Shown here piece by piece: positions 57,583 through 64,000 of a DNA stretch of 64,000 nucleotides (the stretch's first letter is position 1; each line of letters starts with the position of its first letter). Where the stretch lies: assembly GCA_963827475.1 (NCBI GenBank), contig CAWHAZ010000004.1, positions 1 through 64,000 of the forward strand, written 5' to 3'. The position numbers and the translations under genes were made by a program. Origin of the DNA: an uncultured Chloroflexia bacterium (lineage in GTDB: Bacteria; Chloroflexota; Limnocylindria; QHBO01). The notes below the pieces were generated by a model. It searched no databases and was not told the DNA's origin. It saw nothing but the letters and a program-made list of their open reading frames with translations.

Positions 57583-59307
57583 CTACTCCCCCTCCAGGCT
57601 CCCGGTGGCGGTGATCCGCGCCTCCTGCCCGCCGCGCCCGGTTGCGAGCAGGATCCGGCCGCTCGCCTGGGCCTCGAACAGGGTCTCGACCGTGGCCAGG
57701 GTGTCGATGTCGGCCACCGTCTTGTCGTCGCGGACGCGGGCGATGCGCGGAAAGCGGAGCGCGAAGCCGCTGCCGTGCCGGCCGCTGCGCATGATCCGGT
57801 CGAACGCGATCTCGACGATCACCTCGGGGACGACGGTCCGGAAGCGCCCGTGGTCGCGGATGGTCGTCCGCTGGAAGTGCTCGGTGAAGGCCGCGATCTC
57901 GGCATCGGTCAGCCCGGTGTAGGCCTTGCCGATGACCACCAGCGACTCGCCGTCCGGCCCGCGGACGGCGAAGGTGTAGTCCGACAGCACGCCCCGGCGC
58001 TTGCCGTGGCCCCACTCGACACCGACCACCACGCAATCGAGGGTCGCGAGCGCCTTCTTCAGCTTGAGCCAGCCAAGTCCTCGGCGACCTGGTTGGTAGA
58101 CCGATGCGGGGTCCTTGACCATCAGCCCCTCGTTGTGCCGCGCCCGCGCGGCGTCGAAGTGGACGTCGACCTCGCCGGCCGAGCCCGCGCGGTCGAGGCG
58201 GGCGTACAGGAACCGCCCATCGGTGCGCTCGGGCAGCTCGAGCCCCTCCAGGGCGGCCCGCCGGTCGCGGAGCGGCTGTTCGAGGAGGTCCGCCCCGTCG
58301 AGATGGAGCAGGTCGAAGGCGACGAGCACAACCGGGACGCTGTCCAGCAGCCCGGCGTCGGGCCGCACCCGCCCGAGCCGCGTCTGGAGGGCGGCGAAGT
58401 CGAGGACCGCGCCTTCACGAAAGGGGATGAGCTCGCCGTCGATCAGCAGGGCGTGGCCCAGGGCGGTGGCAGCGGTCGCGACCTCGGGAAACGAAACGGT
58501 GACGTCCTTCAGGTCGCGGCTGAACAGGCGGGCTTCGCCGTCGCGGAGATGGAGCTGGGCGCGGATGCCGTCGTACTTGTCCTCGATCCACGCCTCGTCG
58601 CCAACCCGCCGCATGACCTCGTCCGCATCGCCGACCGGGGTGGCGAGCATCGGACGGATCGGCCGGCCGACCTGCAGTGCGGCCTCGTCGAGCCTCTGTC
58701 GCCGGGCCAGGGTGGCCGCTTCGCCAGGCTCTCCGAGGAGCATGAGCGCGCGGCGCACCGATGCGAGCGGGGCGTCGAACGCGGCGGCAATCGCCTCCTC
58801 CAGCAGCCCTTCGCGCAGGCCGATCCGCAGCTCACGGGCCGCGATCCGGGCGATGTAGCGAGCCTCATCCGATGTGGCGCGACCGAACAGGTCGGCCATG
58901 ATCCGCACCCGCTCGTCCGCCGCGGAGGCGACGGCCATGGCCCGGTAGGCGGCCGCCACATCGGCCACGGTCAGCGGCGCCGGCGAGAGCGGGCGGGCGG
59001 CGAGCAGCTCCGCCGCCACGTCGCCAAAATCGGAGTGGCGCAGCCACGCAGCGGACATGGCGGCCTCGTCCGCCCCGCTCGCCGCGGCGAGCGCCGCCGC
59101 CTGGTGGACAAAACCGAGCCCCAGCCGGTCCGCGGAGCCGGGCAGCGGCGACCCTGCCAGGAACGTGGCCGCCAGCGGCAGGTCCCCGGCCGGCAGCTCG
59201 CGCAGGTACGCCCCCAGCCGGTCGCGCTTGGCGAGCTTCGACCGTGTCGCGGCGACGTCGTCGGCGGCCTGGGCGAAGGCGGCGAACGGGGAGCTGCGGG
59301 CGGCCAC
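57583..59307 (-). CDS. ATP-dependent DNA ligase (LigB-type)
   Basis: DBD with LRIG, PMLA, EDKYDGIR, DGE, FDLL, EGLMVK, WLKLK, ALRFPR. Confidence 0.95.
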   Translation of the reverse strand: MAARSSPFAAFAQAADDVAATRSKLAKRDRLGAYLRELPAGDLPLAATFLAGSPLPGSADRLGLGFVHQAAALAAASGADEAAMSAAWLRHSDFGDVAAELLAARPLSPAPLTVADVAAAYRAMAVASAADERVRIMADLFGRATSDEARYIARIAARELRIGLREGLLEEAIAAAFDAPLASVRRALMLLGEPGEAATLARRQRLDEAALQVGRPIRPMLATPVGDADEVMRRVGDEAWIEDKYDGIRAQLHLRDGEARLFSRDLKDVTVSFPEVATAATALGHALLIDGELIPFREGAVLDFAALQTRLGRVRPDAGLLDSVPVVLVAFDLLHLDGADLLEQPLRDRRAALEGLELPERTDGRFLYARLDRAGSAGEVDVHFDAARARHNEGLMVKDPASVYQPGRRGLGWLKLKKALATLDCVVVGVEWGHGKRRGVLSDYTFAVRGPDGESLVVIGKAYTGLTDAEIAAFTEHFQRTTIRDHGRFRTVVPEVIVEIAFDRIMRSGRHGSGFALRFPRIARVRDDKTVADIDTLATVETLFEAQASGRILLATGRGGQEARITATGSLEGE

Positions 59308-59367
59308 GCCCACGAGTCTAGGCGCCCGCTTGACGGGCGCCATCGGTCCGGCCACCCTTCCCGCCGC

Positions 59368-59968
59368 ATGACCTCCTTCGCCCGCGACGTCCCGCCGGCG
59401 GTCGCCGACCGCCTGCCGCCGGGGCAGGTGCTCACCGAGAAATTCCCCGTGCTCCAGTTCGGCCAGGTGCCCGCGTACCCCGACCTGTCGGGCTGGGACC
59501 TGCGGGTCTGGGGCGCGGTCGAGCAGCCCATCACGCTGAAGTGGGCGGAGGTCCGCGCCCTGCCGGTCCGCGAGGTGACGCTCGACATCCATTGCGTGAC
59601 CCGCTGGTCGAAGCTCGACACGACCTGGGAGGGTGCCCCGATCGCCCACCTGGCGGAGGCTGCCGCCATCCAGCGGGAGGCGACGCACGTGATCTTCCAC
59701 TCCGAGTACGGCTACACCGCCAACGTTCCGCTGGAGCATCGCCCTCCAGCCGGACGCGCTCGTGGCCTGGAACTACGACGGCAAGCCCCTCGAGCCGGAG
59801 CACGGCTATCCGCTGCGCGCGCTGGTCCCGGGTCGCTACTTCTGGAAGAGCGCGAAGTGGCTGCGCGGGATCGAGTTCAGCGTGGACGACCGGCCCGGAT
59901 TCTGGGAGCGGAACGGGTACAACAACAACGCCGACCCGTGGCGCGAGGAGCGGTACTCCGATGACTGA
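59368..59968 (+). CDS. Sulfite oxidase-family molybdopterin protein (YuiH-like); frameshift ~59740
   Basis: [38 protein letters not shown]. Confidence 0.92.
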
Positions 59969-60392
59969 GCAGTACCCAACCCCGGCGCCGCCGTATCAGC
60001 CCGCGGAGTACCCCCCGCCCGCGCAGTACCCGCCACCGGACCAGCCTCCGCCACCGGCACCGGCACCCAGCGCGGCCCCGTCCCGCCGGCTCTCGCCCCT
60101 GTGGCAGACGGCGGTCGTCTGTTTCGTGGGGCTCACCGTGTCCGGCGCTCTGGTCGTCTTGTCCCTGTTCAGCCGCAACCTGTTCGTGCCACTCACCCTG
60201 GGGGCCACCTTGATCGCGGTCGCGGTCGGCATCTACGCCGCGGTCCAGGGCTGGCGCGGGTCGCAACGGGCGGCTCGTCGGGGGGCGCAGGGCAGGTCCG
60301 CGGCGATCGCGCTGGTATCGGGCGCCATGCTCATCGTGGCCGCCGTCGCGATCTCCGGCGCGATCTGGATCGTGCTCCTCTTCTTCCTCTAG
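59961..60392 (+). CDS. Membrane protein with Pro/Tyr/Gln-rich N-terminus
   Basis: YPPP repeats followed by three TM helices. Confidence 0.7.
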   Translation: MTEQYPTPAPPYQPAEYPPPAQYPPPDQPPPPAPAPSAAPSRRLSPLWQTAVVCFVGLTVSGALVVLSLFSRNLFVPLTLGATLIAVAVGIYAAVQGWRGSQRAARRGAQGRSAAIALVSGAMLIVAAVAISGAIWIVLLFFL

Positions 60393-60416
60393 ATCCGCCT
60401 ACCATTGGGGCCGCGA

Positions 60417-60493
60417 GCCCCCATCGTCTAGAGGCCTAGGACGCCACCCTTTCAAGGTGGAGATCACCGGTTCGAATCCGGTTGGGGGCGCCA
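60417..60493 (+). tRNA. tRNA-Glu (TTC)
   Basis: Acceptor GCCCCCA/TGGGGGC, anticodon arm CCACC-CTTTCAA-GGTGG, GGTTCGAATCC T-loop, encoded CCA. Confidence 0.97.
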
Positions 60494-60505
60494 GCCCATC
60501 GCACC

Positions 60506-60685
60506 TCAGACGTGGTGGATCTCCATCCGCTCGCCGCACTCGGGGCAGTGGAGGAGGAGCAGTTTCGGATCGTCCGGCGTGGGCCGCCAGGTGTAGACGT
60601 CCGCTTCGGTCACGATCTCGCCGCAGGTTGGGCACTCGGCGCCCAGCTGCAGCCAATCGGCCCGAGGAAGGGACTGGCGACCCAT
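60506..60685 (-). CDS. 59-aa CPxCG zinc-finger microprotein (below the ORF-track cutoff)
   Basis: MGRQSLPRADWLQLGAECPTCGEIVTEADVYTWRPTPDDPKLLLLHCPECGERMEIHHV*. Confidence 0.8.
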   Translation of the reverse strand: MGRQSLPRADWLQLGAECPTCGEIVTEADVYTWRPTPDDPKLLLLHCPECGERMEIHHV

Positions 60686-60694
60686 CGGTCTTCT

Positions 60695-61219
60695 CTACGT
60701 CTGCGGCTCGGCGGGAGCCGGCGAACCCTCTCCCGAGGCTGGCGGACCCTCCTCGAGCTGCGGCGAGGCGGGCTCGGCGGGAATCACCTCGATCGCCGGC
60801 GGCTCGGCGACGGTCCCGCCCGGTGGCGCCCAGCCGGGCATCCGGCTCGGCGGCTCGGCCAATGCGGCGCGTGCGGCCGCCGCTTCCTCCGGGCTGGCCA
60901 GCAGCGAGTAGCGCATCGCGTCATAGCCCGGCCAGTGGCCGACGTCCCCGTCGCGGATCATGATCGAGCGGCGGAGGTGGGACCCGGTCACGTCCTGGAC
61001 CGACCGGTCGAGCACCTCGTAGTCGTGACCGGTGACCTCGCGCAGGGCCGCGGGCAGGGTCTCGACCAGGTAGGCCGGATCGGGGTTGGCCGCCAGCGCG
61101 AGGTCCAGCGCCTCGACCACCTGGGCGTCGGGCAGGTCGCGGGGCAGAGGGCGCGACACGTAGGCCATCCGGGAATCCCGGCTGGGCCCCATCAACGTGC
61201 GCCACAGGCTCCGCACCAT
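60695..61219 (-). CDS. Hypothetical protein
   Basis: GC3-rich frame, TACAAT 9 nt upstream of ATG 61219, Pro/Glu-rich tail. Confidence 0.65.
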   Translation of the reverse strand: MVRSLWRTLMGPSRDSRMAYVSRPLPRDLPDAQVVEALDLALAANPDPAYLVETLPAALREVTGHDYEVLDRSVQDVTGSHLRRSIMIRDGDVGHWPGYDAMRYSLLASPEEAAAARAALAEPPSRMPGWAPPGGTVAEPPAIEVIPAEPASPQLEEGPPASGEGSPAPAEPQT

Positions 61220-61375
61220 CGGACGGCGATTGTACCGATGCGGCCGAGGCCGCCCGGCGGCGCCGGGCGGCCGGCTGCCCCCCCATCGGTATACTTCCCG
61301 CCGCGTGAGACCGTCCGTCCACCCGCCCGGCAGGACCGACCCGCGCCGCTGACAGCCCATTCGGAGGAACGTCGC

Positions 61376-62254
61376 ATCACCTCGCGTGTGCGCAAGGCGG
61401 TCGTGCCCGCCGCCGGCTACGGGACCCGATTCCTGCCGGCCACCAAGGCGATTCCCAAGGAGATCCTGCCCCTCGTCGACCGGCCGGTGATCCTGTACGC
61501 GGTCGAGGAGGCGGTGGCCTCCGGCATCGAGCAGATCATCATCGTGGTCGGCTCCGGCACGAGCGTCATCGAGGAGCACTTCGACTCCCACCCCGCCCTC
61601 GAGCGGTGGCTGGAGGACCGCGGGGACATCGAGCTCCTCCGCGCCGTGCGCCGCCAGTCGGAGATCGCGGCCATCGCGTACGTTCGCCAGAAGGAGCCGT
61701 TAGGCCTGGGCCATGCGGTGCTGATGGCCAAGGAGCTGGTCGGGGACGAGCCGTTCGCCGTTCTCCTCCCCGACGACGTGATGGTCAACCCCGGCGGCGC
61801 ACCGGTCCTCGCCCAGCTGGTCGAGGCGCACGCCGCCCACCGCGGATCCGTCGTCGCCATCACCAAGGTCCCGCGCGAGGAGGTGGGCCGTTACGGCATC
61901 GTCCGGACCCGACGCGGCGAGGGTCGCCTGTGGGAGCTGGCTGACGTCGTGGAGAAGCCGGCGGTCGACGAGGCGCCGTCGGACCTGGGCGTCCTCGGCC
62001 GCTACGTGCTCAGTCCGCGGATCTTCGACAAGCTGGAGCACACGCCAGCCGGAGCGGGCGGCGAGATCCAGCTCACCGATGCCATCCGCGCCTTGATCGC
62101 CGACCAGCCGGTCTACGGCTACGAGTTCACGGGCCAGCGGCACGACGCCGGCACCCGCCTCGGCTGGCTGGAGACGAACGTGGCCCTCGCCCTGGAGTCG
62201 GACCTGGCGGACGACTTCCGCGCCTACCTCCGGAGCCTCGACCTGCGAGACTAG
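61376..62254 (+). CDS. galU: UTP-glucose-1-phosphate uridylyltransferase (start ATC 61376 or GTG 61388)
   Basis: KAVVPAAGYGTRFLPATKAIPKE, RQKEPLGLGHAV, VEKP, GEIQLTDAI. Confidence 0.95.
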   Translation: MTSRVRKAVVPAAGYGTRFLPATKAIPKEILPLVDRPVILYAVEEAVASGIEQIIIVVGSGTSVIEEHFDSHPALERWLEDRGDIELLRAVRRQSEIAAIAYVRQKEPLGLGHAVLMAKELVGDEPFAVLLPDDVMVNPGGAPVLAQLVEAHAAHRGSVVAITKVPREEVGRYGIVRTRRGEGRLWELADVVEKPAVDEAPSDLGVLGRYVLSPRIFDKLEHTPAGAGGEIQLTDAIRALIADQPVYGYEFTGQRHDAGTRLGWLETNVALALESDLADDFRAYLRSLDLRD

Positions 62255-62260
62255 CGGGCC

Positions 62261-63820
62261 ATGACCAACGAACCCGTCCGCGTCGTCGCCGGACGCTACC
62301 GGCTCATCGCCATCGAGGGCGAGGGCGGGATGGCGACCGTCTGGCGCGCGATGGACGAACAGCTGGGCCGCGAAGTGGCGGTGAAGATCCTCCGCCCGCA
62401 GTTCGGGGCGGACCCCGGATTCGCGGCCCGCTTCCGCAACGAGGCCCGCGCCGCTGGCGCGCTCTCGCACCCGAACGTCGTGCAGGTGTACGACTTCGGG
62501 ACCGATGTCGAATCGGGCGACCAGTACATCGTCATGCAGCTGGTCGAGGGCCAGGACCTGGCCACCGTCCTCCGCGAACGGGGTCCGCTCGAGGTCGACG
62601 AGGCGGTGTCCATCGGCGCCTCGGTAGCCGATGCGCTCGACGCCGCGCACCGGGCCGGGCTCATCCACCGTGACATCAAACCCGGAAACATCCTGCTGAC
62701 CCCAGGGGGCCGGACGCTGGTGGCCGACTTCGGCATCTCCCGGGCGGTGGCCGAGGCCTCCATGACCGTCACCGGGACGACGATCGGCTCGGTCCATTAC
62801 TTCAGCCCCGAGCAGGCCGCGGGGGAGGAGGTCGGGCCGCCCTCCGACATGTATGCCCTCGGCATCGTGATCTACGAAATGCTGAGCGGCCGCCGCCCGT
62901 TCGAGGGCGACAACGCGGCGGGCGTCGCCCTCAAGCGGCTGAACGAGCCGCCGCCCCCCTTGTCGACGGGGGTCCGCCCCATTCCCCCGCCGCTGGAGGC
63001 GGTGGTCATGCGGGCCCTGGCCCGCGATCCGGCCCAGCGCTACCCCGACGCGGCGGCCTTCTCCCATGCCCTCCGCAACTGGCGCAGCGAGGACGAGACG
63101 GCGGCCATGGTCGCGCCGGTGGTGGCCGCGGCCGCGGTCGTTCCCCCGGTGCTCCCCGACGAGGTGCCCGCCACCGCGCCTCCGCCACCCTACGTCCCGC
63201 CCGGACCCCCTCCCAAGAAGGACCGGCCATGGTGGCTCTGGCTCCTGGCCTTCCTGGCCGTGCTCCTCCTCGGCGCCATGGGCTTCCTCGGCGCGGAGCT
63301 GCTCGGCGGCGACCGGAGCTCGCCCAGCCCCAGCGCGGATACCTTCGCCCTGCCCGACTGGGAAGACGAGCCGATCACCCAGGTCCGCATCGAGGCCGAG
63401 GACCTGGGCCTGGAGCTTCGCGAGCGGCCGGAGAACGACGAGGACATCCCGGAGGACTCCGTCATCCGCACCCAGCCGCCGGCCGGCGCGCAGGTCAGCG
63501 AGGGCGACGAGATCGTCGTCTTCGTCAGCAGCGGCGGCGAAACGGTCGAGGTGCCGCGCCTCGTCGGCCAGACGCGGGACGAGGCCAACGCGACCCTGGT
63601 GCAGGCGCAGCTGGTCCTCGGCTCGGTCAGCCAGGAGTTCTCCGATCAACCCGAGGGCACGGTCATCCGATCCAGCCCCGCGGAGGGCACGACCGTCGAT
63701 GTCGGCGAACAGGTCGACATCGTTCTGTCCCGCGGCCCGGAGCCCACGCCGACCCCGGCGCCGACGCCGCCGCCGACGCCGCCACCAACCCCCACACCGC
63801 CACCGCCATCGCCGTCATAG
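62261..63820 (+). CDS. Hanks-type Ser/Thr kinase with TM and two PASTA domains (PknB-like)
   Basis: [31 protein letters not shown]; TM; two PASTA repeats. Confidence 0.95.
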   Translation: MTNEPVRVVAGRYRLIAIEGEGGMATVWRAMDEQLGREVAVKILRPQFGADPGFAARFRNEARAAGALSHPNVVQVYDFGTDVESGDQYIVMQLVEGQDLATVLRERGPLEVDEAVSIGASVADALDAAHRAGLIHRDIKPGNILLTPGGRTLVADFGISRAVAEASMTVTGTTIGSVHYFSPEQAAGEEVGPPSDMYALGIVIYEMLSGRRPFEGDNAAGVALKRLNEPPPPLSTGVRPIPPPLEAVVMRALARDPAQRYPDAAAFSHALRNWRSEDETAAMVAPVVAAAAVVPPVLPDEVPATAPPPPYVPPGPPPKKDRPWWLWLLAFLAVLLLGAMGFLGAELLGGDRSSPSPSADTFALPDWEDEPITQVRIEAEDLGLELRERPENDEDIPEDSVIRTQPPAGAQVSEGDEIVVFVSSGGETVEVPRLVGQTRDEANATLVQAQLVLGSVSQEFSDQPEGTVIRSSPAEGTTVDVGEQVDIVLSRGPEPTPTPAPTPPPTPPPTPTPPPPSPS

Positions 63821-63894
63821 CCGGAGCCCGCCCGGGCCCTGCGGCGGTGCTAGGATGGCCGCCGCCTACCCGTCCCACAGAGGTCAGTGTGCCC

Positions 63895-64000
63895 ATGTCC
63901 GCCGTCGCCGTCGACGAATCCAGCTTCGAGAACGAGGTCCTCAACAGCGAGAAGCCGGTGCTGGTGGACTTCTGGGCGCCATGGTGCGGCCCCTGCCGGC
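63895..64000 (+). CDS. trxA: Thioredoxin (partial, runs off the window)
   Basis: [15 protein letters not shown]. Confidence 0.93.
   Translation, partial: MSAVAVDESSFENEVLNSEKPVLVDFWAPWCGPCR

Noticed and set aside
60417-61300. tRNA-Glu as an integration site for an island or prophage
   Set aside because: No integrase nearby, no duplicated tRNA 3' end noticed, and the flanking genes have host-like composition.
63740-63815. Short CCGACGCCG-type repeats as a CRISPR or other repeat element
   Set aside because: They encode the PTP-rich tail of the kinase (similar to linkers at ~50430-50510 and ~59975-60080). There is no repeat-spacer structure and no cas genes.

Overview
A gene-dense, very GC-rich bacterial chromosomal segment. 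Gene content and protein style suggest Chloroflexota, possibly Limnocylindria/Ellin6529 (inference). Many conserved genes are split by single-base indels, most likely uncorrected long-read errors. The first ~950 bp are a foreign-looking patch (IS6 end and transposase fragment, SnoaL-like gene, TRAP DctP scrap) that cuts off a sensor kinase. Next come a phosphate-starvation cluster (PhoX-like, pstSCAB-phoU-phoB-phoR, candidate pho box), a complete system I cytochrome c maturation operon, a cupredoxin and central metabolism genes (tkt, class II fba, aminotransferase, IscA/ErpA). A Rieske/cytochrome b6-type operon follows, headed by an NADPH-type Fe-S flavoprotein. After it are a PBP, an SbcCD-like pair, a TPP-riboswitch thiN/ECF operon and an HTH-4xGAF-GGDEF cyclase. 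A DNA-repair neighbourhood holds a WYL regulator, Ku, a catalytically dead ligase-fold partner of Ku and an intact ATP-dependent ligase. The window ends with tRNA-Glu, galU, a PASTA kinase and trxA. The best candidates for something new are (1) the flavoprotein-coupled Rieske/cyt b complex with unusual extra subunits and (2) the Ku + pseudo-ligase module with a possible WYL-controlled promoter motif. I saw no CRISPR array, rRNA or prophage.
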